Notes under the pieces: generated by a model
What the model was told of the DNA's origin: nothing
Databases searched by the model: none
Seen by the model: only the letters and a program-made list of their open reading frames with translations
Position numbers and translations under genes: made by a program
Assembly (NCBI GenBank): GCA_050084515.1
Contig: CM114271.1
Span: forward strand, 434,001 to 498,000
Direction: 5' to 3'
DNA: 64,000 bases
From: Blasia pusilla
Lineage: Eukaryota
Part shown: positions 26,616-39,834 of the stretch, piece after piece
Layout of the letters: each line of letters starts with the position of its first letter
How positions within the stretch are numbered: the first letter of the stretch is position 1

Positions 26616-28221
26616 CAAAGAGAGAATGAGAGAGTGAGAGAGCTTCATGGGGGAGCTCGCTGGTCACTCACTGTTTTTCAGGTTGGGGACCGTGTTCCCC
26701 GTTCAGCGGCTCATGGGAGTGCTCACCGGAGCAAGGGCTGCTTTCATTATTGTTTGCATTTGCTGATTTTTCGTGTGGAAGAGTGGCGTGCGGAAGCGCT
26801 GCCCAATTATTGATAGGGATTGAGTATGGGGGCGGGTTGCCCCATGCTGGTGCTCTCGGGAGCACCATATAGCTTGCTGATTTGTATTTATACAGATGTT
26901 ATATTTTCGTTGGGAGAAATCAGCGCGGGAGCGCTGCCGGATTTTGTGTAGGAGAAAGAGAAATTGGGCTTTACGACAATCCCCGTCAGTTTTTACTGAA
27001 ATGTCTGATTCTAAATATTTTTTGATGCTGGCGTAGATCATGAAGCTGTGCACGCTTTGAAACAAACAATGCGCAATTTGGAGTTGCGAGCAAAAAGTTA
27101 TGGTCAATCTTGTAAAGCTACCATTGCTAGGCGATTTTTAGAGTTAAATTGTGCAAACCTTAAATCAGCCGCCACACCGGCGGCGGCCGTCGCCATCATA
27201 GTCACCGTCACCGGTCAAGGGTCAACGATCACCGTAGATGGTCAACCATCACCGTCACCATCAACGGTCAACCGTCATCGTCAGCAGTCAACCGTCACCG
27301 TCGACGGTCGGCCGTCACCATCAGCGGTCAACCGTCCACCGTCCATTGTCCACCCTTTGGGTGCCATTGCCGCCATTATGGAGTGGAGGTTCTTCCACGA
27401 CGTTCGTTGATTCCTTGACTTGCGTCACCATCACTTACTTTGTTTTGGCCACCACCGTCATCGCAGTTTCTTCATCAACCAGTGATGGCAGATGACCTCC
27501 GGTTATGGTGTTTGAGTTTTGATTTCATGTTGCTATGTTGTGATTGGTAGCCGCTCGACGACGATCGAGTATCGTGCCATGACGCCCGTAGTCGCAACGC
27601 GCCTCCGATTGCCGCGTCTTGCCGCTCGTGGCCGCACCGCACCGTCTCGATCGCGGAGCCGCACCGTCATTGTGGAGCAGAGTGTGGGTTTATTGTTGAT
27701 TGAGGAGGTTATGCCGCCGAGTGCCGCATCCCACCATCGAGGGCCGTGCCGTTTGTAGCCGTTCCGTGCCGCCTGCAACGCCGCACCGTTCCGCTGGGAG
27801 GAGTTTTGAGCAGCGTCAGTACGGGAGGAGAATGACTTGCTGATTGGAGGAGTTGTCTCCACGATCAAGTTGGGGTCGAGATTTGCAGTTGCTGAGGAGC
27901 GACATCGACATGTGTTTAGGTTACCCATTCTGGTCCTTTACCCTGCACGTGTGAGGGATTCTGGGATTTTGGTAGTTTATTTGGGGATATTGGGTGTGTG
28001 GATGCTGAGAGCATCATTTATGTATGTGGTTTAGGGGACATAGACCTGTGTGGGATGCCGGAGTTGAGGATAGGTTGTCGATGAGATGATAGCCTGGTCG
28101 ATTTGCCGCACCACGCCGAGTGTTGTCGCCGTTACACGTCTCGGGGAGAGAGAGTGTAGATCGAGTGCCGCATGTTTGGGATGAGTGATTGAAGGATTCC
28201 TCAGGAGGTTCAGAGTGATCG

Positions 28222-29610
28222 GGTGAGAGGGGCACGAGGGTCATCACGGAGTCCGTTCGGGACTTTGAGAGGCGAGGTGGTGAACCCGAGAGTAGCTCGA
28301 GAGGTTTTACGTCGAGTGGCGCGAGGTTTCGAGGGTCTCCACGTGAGGGACTACCTCGACCTCCTTCTGTGTCATCGTCAGACGAGGGGGAGGATGTAGA
28401 GGAGTTTGTGAGCACATCGCCACACATTGTGAGTGGTCCTACCAGTTGGGCGTACGAGATGGACGACCGGGGTAGAGGACCGCGTAGGTTTTCAGGTGCA
28501 GTAGGCACGATTGAGTTGCACGATTTTATAGTAGAGTTTAGGAGTTGGTGCGACTCCCAACGAGCCAAGAACTCTAGAGAGTTCAACCCGTTTACAACAT
28601 GGAACGGTATGTTCCAGCATTTAGAGGGGGCGCCCATGGACGATTACCATGAGTTCTCTTAGAGATATGCATGTGAGATAGAGGCGTGGAGGCTCTACTA
28701 TAACCCACATTATGTGTCATGGACGGAGCCATTCCCAGATGAGGAGGAGGAGTCAGGAGAGGCTACTGCCTCTTCCACTAGTGACGTTTTAGGAGGGGTC
28801 ACTCGCACGGAAGCAGTTACACCGTCTAGTCGGGTTCGTCCCAGGTTCAACCCTGTGGTTGAGTTCTTTGCTGAGTTGAGGGCGAGCTACCAGGGGGTAC
28901 GGACGGAGAAGTTGCGGAGCATCCACAACTTCCAGAGGCGCCCGGGTGAGAGTTTGCGTGAGGCTTACACTCGCTTGCGCCGGTTGATCAACGTCACTCA
29001 GGGGTGACAAAGGCTCAGGCTATCCAATCATGGTACGCGATGTTGGACCGGACCCTGCGGACACGGGTGCGGGAGGGGGTGCTTCTTATGAACATCTCCC
29101 CTACGTTGAGAGATGTTTTTAGGACCACCGAGAACATTGAGCGCAACATGGCGGAGGAGAGCGTAGCCACCATGGGTTCTGGGCGAGAGCGATCCACGAT
29201 TACATTGGCGCACCATGTGCGGCAACGTGGACTCTGAGATAGGTCGACTATGGCACCACGAGCTCAGGGAGGATACCGGAAGGCCGTGCCACAGAGACAT
29301 GCGCCTTCATATGCGGCTCAGCAGCAGCCGTCTACTATTACTTGTTGGTCATGTGGTGGAGCCCATCATCAGCGCAATTGCACTCGTCAGGGTCATGGGC
29401 GTGTGCCTTAGCTTGGAGGAGGAGATGGTGCTGCACCAGGAGGTTATCAGTGTGACTATTGTCAGAGGTATGGTCATACACGCGCTAGGTGTTTCAGTTT
29501 ACATCCTGAGTTACGTCCTGACTGAGGGCCAGAGAGGGCACCAGAGCGAGTAGCCGGTCCGGGTGGGCCTAGAGATCGTGCACCAGGTGGTCCCGTTGGG
29601 GGACGAGGTG
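28222..29610 (+). pseudogene. gag: gag of copy A (stops and frameshifts)
   Basis: RRFSGAVGTIELHDF...; QRRPGESLREAYTRL; two zinc knuckles CWSCGGAHHQRNC and CDYCQRYGHTRARC. The start is approximate. Confidence 0.8.
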
Positions 29611-29939
29611 GTCCCGTTGTGTACCGCACTCCTTTATTTTCTGCTTCCGATGTTATGACGTTGGGGGGTATGCCCGCCAAGGCTTTTCGGCTGGCCGCTT
29701 CACTATGTGAGCGCGGAGTTGGAGTTCGTGCATCACGTTCAGAGGTGATTGCAGAGGAGGTGATGGACCTGCCCTTGGAGCGGATGCTTGCGCCGCCCAC
29801 GCCATTCATGGCATCTTTGCGGTCGCTAGGATGGCGGAGATGCCCGCTAGACCGCGATAGAGCGTGCCATGGCTTCTCTTGGTGTTGTGTTTTGGATAAC
29901 CGAGGAGAGGTCTTCCGGTTGGTGAGTCCTGGAGGTAGA

Positions 29940-30250
29940 GCTTTTAGTCCGCGCAGGCGTCTTGTTGATTCAGAGCGCAACCCTTGATGTTGGGGAAAGC
30001 GTCATTGAGGATTGGGCTTGACGAGAGCCGATGTGGAGCGTTTTCCATTCCGGATCCAGACATCCTTGGGTGGAGCAAGTACCACACAATATATCACCCG
30101 ACATGAGGTCGTGGTGAGGATTCGCCCGGGACATCCTACAGATGAGTGCGTGGTGCGCGCCTAGGCGATAGTGACTGATGCAGAGTCCTACGACGTCTTG
30201 GTTGGTGGAGCAGTGTTATACCCGATGGGGTTTTCCATGGATTACTGGGA
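29940..30250 (+). pseudogene. Degenerate aspartic protease of copy A
   Basis: Homologous to copy B VLLDSGAQ (here decayed to LVDS) plus the YDVLVG motif. Confidence 0.7.
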
Positions 30251-30669
30251 GGAGTCGGCCCCTGAGACCAGGATGGCGATCGGTGATGGGCGCCTTAGCT
30301 CATTACCCGTTCGATTCACAGGTGCAGTGATCGAGCAACGGCCAAGAGAGATGGCGACCTTAGCAGCATTTAGTAATGCCATCACTTGGCCTAGTGATTT
30401 GATTGAGGGACATGTCCATGCAGAGGATACTCCCGTTCCTGACATTTCTATGGAGAGGAGTGTTATGGTAGTGCATCATTCCGTGGAGGAGAGGTGCTGT
30501 GGGGCTCGGCGAGGAGCTTCAACGATTGGCGAGATGAGACACGTCAGGCCGCGTGGAGCGGGCGTTTGCACCACGAGCGTGACGGGTTGAGGAACCCGAG
30601 GTAGCAAGGAGTGCTACGATGACACCCTTGGATACCACACCCATTGTGTGGTGTACCCCGGAGGAGGGT

Positions 30670-31379
30670 ATTCGAGTGTTAGATCTCTTTGGAGGGATTA
30701 GCACCGGGTTAGCTTGCATTTTGCAAAGGTGAGTGCGAGTCTGGCCGAGTACCTATATGTGGAGAGTGATGATGTTGCGAGGCGCGTCTCACTAAGACAT
30801 GTGGCGCAATTACGCCTACGTTTTCCCAACTTATTATCGGTCACGCAGATGTGGGTACCAGAGTTCCCTACCGAGGGATATTTTGTTGTTGGGGGCGCAG
30901 GACTTAGAGCGGGTAGGGACCATTGATTTGGTCATTGCATGTTGGCCATGTCAGGGCCAATCGAGTGCTGGACGAGGCAGCGGGTTGGCTGACACTTGGT
31001 CCAGCTTGTTTTGGGAGATGTTGAGGGTCTTACTGGCGATTTGCAGAGCACCGGCCTCGTTCTCCGGCCTACATTCTGGAGAATGTGCCGATCTTAGGAG
31101 ACTCCAGGTCACGGGTGGTGACGAGTGCTCATCAGGTGCGTGCCTGGATCGGCCCAGCAATGTTCTTGGAAGCGGCGAGTGTAGGTTCTAGAGCCCATCG
31201 CCCGCGTCTATGGTGGACCAACTTGGTGCCCCATGCGGTGTTATGGAGGGCGTATGCGAGAGTGGAGCACCCCTCCCATTTGTTAGTGGATTCCATTCTG
31301 GATCGAGGTCGTCGATCACAGGCTGTGAGGCACAATGATCGACCACCGTTGACTGTGGTCAACAGGGTAGGCATGCGGG
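30670..31379 (+). pseudogene. DNMT3-like C5 cytosine methyltransferase domain of copy A (motifs I-VIII, truncated)
   Basis: IRVLDLFGGISTG (I), YLYVES (II), DLVIACWPCQGQS (IV), SSLFWEMLRVL, AYILENVP (VI), FLEAASVGSRAHRPRLWWTNL (VIII), read across frameshifts. Confidence 0.88.
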
Positions 31380-31580
31380 GACATGAGAGAGAGTGCACAC
31401 CTTTGAGAGATATGGTGTGAGATGGTGGAGAGAGAGATTGGATCCTACTTTAATTGGAGATATTTTGGTACTTCTTGTCTCGTTGTTTGGATGCCATGAG
31501 TTAGCATGGGATCATGCGTGTTTGTGTGTGTGTTCGGTGACAACGATGTATGTTGTGTAGCGATGTGTATGCGCACGACA
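31380..31580 (+). repeat. 3' end of copy A: last 73 bp of unit 'a' plus the 128-bp unit 'b'
   Basis: 31380-31452 equals 26543-26615. 31453-31580 matches the reverse complements of 56113-56240 and 55457-55593. Confidence 0.9.
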
Positions 31581-34500
31581 TCCTAACTGCCCAATGGACC
31601 TTGAATGAATCTCTAAACCTTGGTTTAAAATCCAATGTTGATATCCATAACTTGACTACCTTCCCTTGGGTTGTTGTTTTAATCTCAATGCCAATGTCAT
31701 AATCCATCCCATGCTCTTGGTTCACCCGTATGGTTTCCAATGTAGGGTTTATGTTCCAAACACCCTTGGACATCCTCCCTATGCATAGTTTGAGAGAAAT
31801 CCACCCTTCACTTTATCCAAGGAATTCCTTTTGTGTTGCTTTTAATGGCCTTGAGCCCATACTATCACTTTGAAAAGTTTAGGCCCAATTTAAAACTTTT
31901 GCTCATTCCTTTTTTCCGATCTTTGGCCATGATGTATTGGAAGTGACTTCTCACAAACTTTCTAACTCTTTTTTATTCATCCCAAATGCATCTTAGATGT
32001 AACCCTTATAACCTCAAAAGTGTAGAACCCCCGAACATTCAATCAAGTTTAACTAGGTTGCAATATTTTCTTAGAGTCCAAGTCTTCTAGGATTTGAGCT
32101 CTTCTCAAGTTCCACTCAGTATTAGATCATGCTCCTCCAAGTCAAAATCATCATCGTTAAATATGCCCAATTTATTTAAGAACAATGACCAATTTTTAAA
32201 TAATTAGAATATCCATGCAAGTCTGATGGTCTTCAATAATAACAATAAGCTTTTGGAAACTATTTGCATTTGTATTTATTGTTAATAGTATTTGGGGGAA
32301 AACTTTATAATAAGTTTATGATGAAAATATAATAGACTCTTTGCAAGTATCCCTTAAATGTCCCTATAATACACTAAGGATACATATTGCAATTCAAGAT
32401 CCACATGTGAGTATAATGGTGAGGATATTGTACACAAGCGCATATCTTATGAATTAGAATTCAACATTCCATGATCAACTTATTTGTACAAAATGGATGG
32501 TCCCATTAAATCGCAATGAGCTTGAGCCTAATTCACAAGAATTCATCCCTCTTGACTTATAATTTAACATAAAGGAGAAAGTTTGTGATATAAAATGAAT
32601 GGCCTAATCCACATACCCACAAGCTTCCTTATGGACATTTTTTTTCATTTCAGATCATTAAACTCAATGATGGAGTTGGCAAGAAAGTAGTTCAGCATCT
32701 TATGGAATTTACCTTTCATGGAATTTTTTTCATTATTGGAGGATTGGAGCCGTGAATTTAGTTCTCAACAATATCAACTTCCATTTAGGCTCGTGATTGA
32801 TAGCCTTTTAGGTGCTAGACACAAATTAGTAACTATGGTGGATGATTGCATTTGTTTCAACTCACAAATACGAATACAAGTTTTGAACATGCATCCATTG
32901 GACTCTATCAAAACAAGAAATTCACATTCTTCAAGATTCTAGGCCCTCAAGATTCCTCTTACAACAAAGTCGAGAATGGATGTTTTTGTCTTGCAATCCT
33001 CTCATAAAACCTTACAACATAAATTCAAATTAATAGTAAGCACAAGTAAAAAGTAAATGATTACCATTAATGTAGCACGATTCTTTCAAAGTAACAATGC
33101 TTGCCGACAAGACATGACAAACACTTAAATCATCCTACTTTTGAATGAAAGTGGGGTGTGGAAGTAGGATCTAAGCCCTAACTCCTAAATATTTCTATGC
33201 AATAAGCAAAACATGTGCATAGAAGAGGGGGAAAATAATTATCCGTTTCATTTGAAGGATAAAATTTATGTATCAAGAAGTCTAAATAAATAAGGTATGT
33301 AGGCATCTAGAGGAAATAGAGCATGTCAATATGCACTTGAGGGGTTCCCATAGGCACGCCCATAATTGTAGCTAAACCTACGAAATATGATGCCTCCAAT
33401 GTTTTTTGGAAATTACCAACTATCTTTTTCAAATAGCTCATACGCAAGAAGTTAACTATCCTCGTTTGTTGAATTGCTCTATCCAATTAAAGACCATCAC
33501 ATCTTCTCTACCATACGCTAAATTTGCAAGTTCCAATTGTTGTCTAATTAACAATTTTAGTTAACAAAATTGGGCATAATGGAAATGATGCTTGTTCACC
33601 ATATTCTCTATTCTTGAGGGGTATCTAAAGTGAATTTCTAATGAATTATATCCACAAATGTAGGGTTGCTATAGAGGATAGATTAGCTTACCAACTAACA
33701 TGGCCACATCAACAAGAAAGGATTTAGACTACAATTATGTTTTCCGCCAAGGATTTCCTAATTATGTTAGTTTTATTGATAGCATCCTCCTACCCCTCAA
33801 TCAACGACCTCATATTTACTAAGGTGTAAAGGTGTAGTATTCATAGTAGAACCTACTATGATCCAAAGTGCAAATACTCCGTCAATGCTTAAGTTATTTA
33901 TGATGATCAATGAAGAATTATATTCATTTTTACAGGTTTGTTAAGTTTCAATTTGTTTTCCTCCACGGGGCAATACCACCTTGTTTTTTGAATACTCACA
34001 TAGAAATTGTGGTGATTACGCCGTTAATTAAAGTCCCTTGAGTTATGGAGGAAAATGATGAAGACAAGCACCATTGACCAAGGTCGATATCTATTAATTA
34101 GGGGATAGCAACTACTTTTCCACTACAATGTTTGGCTCCTACTTTGCGTCTACCATGGCGAAATAATGATAAGGAGGACTTCAAAAAATATCTTACACAT
34201 ACTTGAGTTATTATTGAACATCGGATTGGTTTCATGAAGTCTTGAAAGCATTCATCGAGGAAAAAAAATCATTTGAAGAATTAAAACCACAACTGGTGGG
34301 TAGTTATCATGGTTGAATATATTGCTCTCTTAAAAAAATGCGTGCTCAAAAAAGGTAACTTCTGGATAAATGAGAATCACAAGACTCATATAGAGAGGAA
34401 AGATGATGTTGTATCCATAGGTGTATACAACTCTCAATCCATTAGGGATAAAGGCATTAACTTAATATTTGAAATAGGTTTTGTTTACATTTCAATAGAA

Positions 34501-34872
34501 TTTCCCATAGATTCAAGATACAAAATTCATAAAGTAGATCAGATTTTGATGAGGTTTTTGCATCCCACATAAATTACTTTTATCGCTAAGATTTTGGTCA
34601 TAAAGTTTATTTAGGCCTATGCAATATGCTCGGAAGATGTTTCTTGAAGGAGATTATGCTCACACGATTAGATCTCTACATGCATGATGTTTTATGGCTC
34701 TCAATGGGAAACACTCCAATGAGGGAAATCAACCATGTTATGCCTTCAATCTCTAAACTTTTGAGCAAAATATAGAGGAGTGTATGAAATATGATGATAA
34801 TTCGTTGGTATTGGGGAGATTGTTGCCACAATTATAAACGCGAATTTGGTAGTTGAGAATTTTAGACGTGTT

Positions 34873-34910
34873 CGTTTAACATATCATCTTAAAAGATGAT
34901 ATGTTAAACG
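34873..34910. repeat. Perfect 18-bp-arm inverted repeat with 2-nt spacer
   Basis: cgtttaacatatcatctt-aa-aagatgatatgttaaacg. Confidence 0.9.
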
Positions 34911-37522
34911 TGGGCACAATTAACTTTATCAACACTCTTGCTACATGGTCAAATTTTGATCTCATTATGATGAAGATTGTTCGTCTTTGATCATAAGTTT
35001 GCAACAACTGCCAACAAGGATAGGAGGAATATCTAGCCACTTTGAAGAGTGAGGTCTTTCCACAATATGTTATTTCTATAGAATATCATTAACTCCAAGT
35101 GCACCACTAAGCTCTATGGGTGATTTATTCAGCAAAGCAAGCCAAATATGTTTTTCCAATGATTGATCACAATAATGTAGGGGTAAAAACAACAATTGGC
35201 ACTAGCGTAGCGTGCCCTTTATTGTAGTTTTCTTGTTTCTACATATCATCATTGAGATCAAGTGAAGTACAAACATCTCGTTAAATTCTGCTAAAAAAGA
35301 AAGCCACATCTATTCTACAAATGATGGATCACAATAAGATAGATGACAGCGCAACGAGTGGCAATAATGCAGGTTGGCCAACGCTAAAAAATTGGTTGTT
35401 TCTACATATCACCATCGACATAAGTAAAGTACAAAGGTCTCTTTACAATCTGCTTACTAGTGTAGGTTGGGTAACATTATCGATCTATTGTTTCTACATA
35501 TCATCATTAACACCAAGGGTTTAAAGCGAAGGTCTTCATTTTAATCATTTGAAGTTTGCAAATAAGTTCATGTGAGACATGGATGTAATTTCATGAATAT
35601 GATGGACAAAAAAAGCAAGGAAAATTTTGAGTATGGACTTTAGGATAGGTTTGATTTTGCAAGTAAGTTAATTGAGGTTTTTAATTTTTGGATGTCAAAC
35701 TTCATACTTGATATTGTGTTATTGAGAGTGAGCATTGCTCCTAAGAATGAATGCATAAGTCCATCCAAGAATCCATGAGCTATTAAGAACTTATCATTTT
35801 ATTTCCTTTTGCATAAGTAAGAGAGGAAAAGGAAGATTGGGAGAAATAAATACATGCATAATCCCCTATATACGGATTGAATATAGTAAGGAGCAATTAG
35901 TTATCCCTTGAGGCATCATCAAACTCCTTTAATGAGTAAGGTGATTTCTTAGACACTCCTCCTTCCTCGACCAAGCTCATTCATAATCTAGCTTGGCAAT
36001 ACAACCCATCCTTTCTCTCTTCAATCTCCTCAATCTAGTAGCATGCTTCTTCTTCTATACAAATTTGTTGTATTCTATATTACGAATAGAGGGTTCTAAC
36101 TTTGATAAAATTTTCGCATGAAATCTAAACATGTTAATTGTCACCTTGATTTGATATCAAATTAATAAATGGATATTTCATGCTGATTTTTATATCAATC
36201 AACTTGCAATATCAATTATATGCATAAATGTTTTTACACAAAATATTCAATTCATAAATGATATCTTAAATACATGAAACAAATATTACATTTTGATTGA
36301 TATCAAAATATAATGATTCAACTCCAAGTTTTTTAATATAGGGCAACCTTCTTCAACTTTAACATAAAGTTATGGTAGTCAACTTTATGTGGCATGTCTT
36401 CATGATATACACTTCTAAAATTGGGCTTAGTTGTTGGCCCTCGAGCCATGTTTATGATGGTAGGAGATGGACTTGGAGTTGGATTGGAGCTTGTATCAAA
36501 TAGAGGTCTCGATGTCCTCCCCGTTCCTATGGGCTCTCAAGACAAAGAGGAACTTTGATCATCATGGACCTATTCAAATGTCTCTCATGCAATTATAGTG
36601 AATGTGGATCGTCATATGCTTGGCTTCAATCTCCACAATGCTCTTTCCCATCTTCCTTACTTGATGAGTCTACTTGGTAACATGGTTGGCTATCTTGAAT
36701 TTCAGTTGCTAGCAACTTCAATTGAAGCTGAAGTGCTCCAACCTCAATTATGAAGCTATTCATAAGAGATGGCATCGAAGTACTTGTCCTTGGTGCTTTA
36801 TGGAATTCACTATTTTCCAAAACCAAAGGAACAATATTTGGGCAATGCCCAAAGAGTGTATGCATATAATAAAAGAAGGGGCATTTTTTTGTTGAACTTT
36901 TGGTCCATGGTGATAGATGGAATGTTAGTATCTGTCGACCTTGCTTTGTAGCTATCTACAAGGCGATCAACTATCTTATGCAATATTAACCATATCAAGG
37001 AAGGAAAACCATCTCTTGAAATTGATTTAGACTCCGCACCAATGGCAATATTGGCCTTGCTTTGTCAAGAGCCACTGATAACATAGAAGTTCTCATGTTC
37101 TTCAAGATATTTGACAATCCGCTCACAATATTCGTAGAGTATAAAATATCTAGCTTCGTGATTACTTTAAACTGTAGACTAGGTTTGCAACTTCACTTAA
37201 TCTCCAATAATGACTTCACTACTCTCATTCTTACGAGTGGATGAGTTAGCATGTGACTCTAATCATGAAACCACATCTTGTTGAGCCTAATTGGGCATTC
37301 CTAATGGCTTGTATGTATGTAGAGGATCCACCTTGACTTGTTCTTTAGGCCAAATACTAGCAATTAGATCATATATATGGCTAGATGATGATGAGGTTTC
37401 CAAACAAATCTCAAGGAGAATGAGTTTTGTGTTTGTGTATTGCTTAGGTGCAAAAATATGGGCCAATCCTCATGCACTATCAAAGACACAATTTGGAAGG
37501 AGTTATCTTCGATAGTTTAAGC

Positions 37523-37525
<3 letters not shown>

Positions 37526-37566
<41 letters not shown>
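37526..37566. repeat. (TC)n microsatellite
   Basis: About 20 uninterrupted TC units. Confidence 0.95.
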
Positions 37567-37569
<3 letters not shown>

Positions 37570-38410
37570 AACTACATATGGAGAAATTTGCATGAGATGC
37601 CTTCCAAAATGTGCTCCAAGATAGACTCAAGCTCTAATACTCCACACCCTAAAATTTCATTATCTACCAATTTAAGTTGAGAATTTGGGGAGAGTCTCCC
37701 ACATGGAGAAGTTTCATGAGGGTCACGTCTCCAATGCACACCATCTTTGTCCCACAAAATGATCAACACTTCTATAGGGAGAAATATGACTTCACCCTAG
37801 TGGGGGATGGTTTATGGCACAAACTTGACTAGTATCTTGTTCCAAATCGAGTGAGCTCATGTAGTTTTGATTCCGTGGTGCCTACACCTCTACCATTGAA
37901 GAAATTTGCAAACAAAAGACTCATCCTCATCCAATTATAAACAATATTCGAATTCCTCAACCAATCAATAAGCATTCCATCTCATAGGTGCAATTGTTTG
38001 AATTTAAATTGAGGTTAAGGCGGAGCGTTTGCATGGGAGGATCAACATTCAAATACATTGTGAAGGAGTTTTTTTGTAGAGAGGGATCTTGTCTTACAAG
38101 TTCAACTAGCCATGGCTCTTGCTAGAATATGTGCACGCCAAGAATGAGCGTGGGCGTTGAGCTTTGCGCATTCCGCGCCTTTGCGGCCGAGAGGTGTCGA
38201 CAATCTTTGGGTTGAGTATTGCTTGCACTAGATGGGCAACCCTAATGACATGCCCTACCAACTTTCTTGATAAGGACGGAAAGAAGTTCCTCCACAAACA
38301 AGTACTTTAGGAGGTGCTTGGTTCATTCGTGGAAGAAGTCCATGCACCCAAGATCCTCCTCTCCCCAAAGGGGTGCGCCCCCTCTCTTCCTTTTCGGGGC
38401 CAAATGTGGT

Positions 38411-38929
38411 CTTTGGATACTCTTTGAGTCCACCTCTTTTGTTTTTCTGATTGGTTTTCCATCATGCATATTTATTGAGGTTCATCTTTCCCTCTCCCCA
38501 CAAGAGGTTGTTTATTCCCCTACTAGTCCCCTTAAAAAGCCAACCCTCTATCCCCATTACAATCTCCGCCGGATACAAGAACCGGGTGTTTTTTTCATGT
38601 TTGATGTTTCTGCCTGCAAGAATCAATCCCGCGACGCATAAAAGGTCTACTTGTTCTTTATCGCGACTATGACCGTACCTTTGGATACTTGATTCTTTGA
38701 GTCCCCCTCTTTTGCTTTTACAATGGATTTTCCATCATGCATATTTATTGAGGTTATTTATTCCCCTACTAGTCCCCCTAAAAAAGCCAACCCTCTAACC
38801 CCATTACAATCTCCGCCCGATACAAGAACCGGGTTTTTTTTTTTCCTTGTTTTATGTTTATGCCTACAAGAACCAATCCTACGACGTACTAAAGGTCTAC
38901 TTGTTCCTTACCGCGACTATGACTGTACC
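38411..38929. repeat. Diverged ~260-bp tandem duplication, partly LINE-related, directly upstream of the nucleolin promoter
   Basis: Units 38411-38679 and 38679-38929 both run ctttggatac...ccatcatgcatatttattgagg...aaggtctacttgttc...cgcgactatgac.gtacc. The unit start resembles 47120-47185. Confidence 0.8.
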
Positions 38930-39834
38930 GGCCGGTGGGGCTGACGCGGCAGCGTCCCGGACGAGCGGGAGCTCGAACTGGCGCGTGACGTGGACGCAGG
39001 TTCGCGTCCAGCTACTGCGAGGCCGCCGCGTGGTGCGGGAGAGCAATAGGTTGAATGAATGAATGAATTGACGCAGCCACCCACTCTCCCTCCCTCACAC
39101 ACACACACACGGAGCAGCGGCCGCCGCCGAGAGAACAAGTGCAGCAGCTTCAGACTCTCTCTTCCTTTTTAGGGTCGCTGCGAAGCGCATCGACCGCCCC
39201 CGCCCTCCCCTCTGCACACAAGAGAGCAAGAGGTACTGGAGACTACTGCAATTCGCTCGTAATTCACGCATTCCGCCTGCGGCAGTCTGCTGCTGCAAGC
39301 CGAGCGCGCGAGCTCGCACGTCCCGTGGCTGCACCGGCGAACTAGGTGTGTACGTGGTAGTGGGGACTGATACACATTTGTCTGTCTAGTGTGTGCGGTC
39401 GCGGAAGAAAACGACTGAGAAGCGGAGGGATTTTTGCGTTTGTGGTCGGGTTTAGGGTAGAGTCGCCGCAATTCACGCTGTACTGTTAGCAGCCGTCTGT
39501 GCTGAGTGGGCCGCCGGCGTTTTGGAATGGTGGCAGTCTGAGAGGAAATGGTTGGGGTTTGGGGTTGTAGGGGTTTTAGGGGTTTCAGCCGTCGCAGCAA
39601 CTGCGTGTTTGGTGCTCCTACCGCTGGGAATGAGGGTCTGAACTACTTTTCAGGGAACTTTGTTGTTTGTAGGTCGAGTGTGGAAGGACAGTGCCGTGAG
39701 TATACTTGGGGTTGCTGAAGTGGCGTAGAATTCTACGTCCTGTGGGAGTTATTGGAGTATCCGGTTGGATTCTCATTTCCAGTGATTTGGGCTGCAGGTT
39801 GGCGCATTTCTTCTCTGCGGTACGCGCGTGAGCC

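Larger units (their letters stand above)
26100..31580 (+). mobile_element. Copy A: internally deleted Ty3/gypsy-type retrotransposon carrying a DNMT3-like domain
   Basis: Ends are TGTCACG...CACGACA, with a 4-bp TSD TCCT (26096-26099 and 31581-31584). Homologous to copy B from ~27938 onward. Lacks RT, RNase H, integrase and PHD through a deletion at ~31379. Confidence 0.9.

Noticed and set aside
27048-27495. ORFs in the leader of copy A
   Set aside because: They arise from a low-complexity ccgtca/caccgt repeat and show no domain signature.
31600-38000. Possible further decayed transposase or helicase remnants (e.g. hAT-like hints near 36700-37300, three short diverged repeats at 35230-35520)
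   Set aside because: Too degenerate to assign from motifs by eye; needs tblastx or RepeatMasker.
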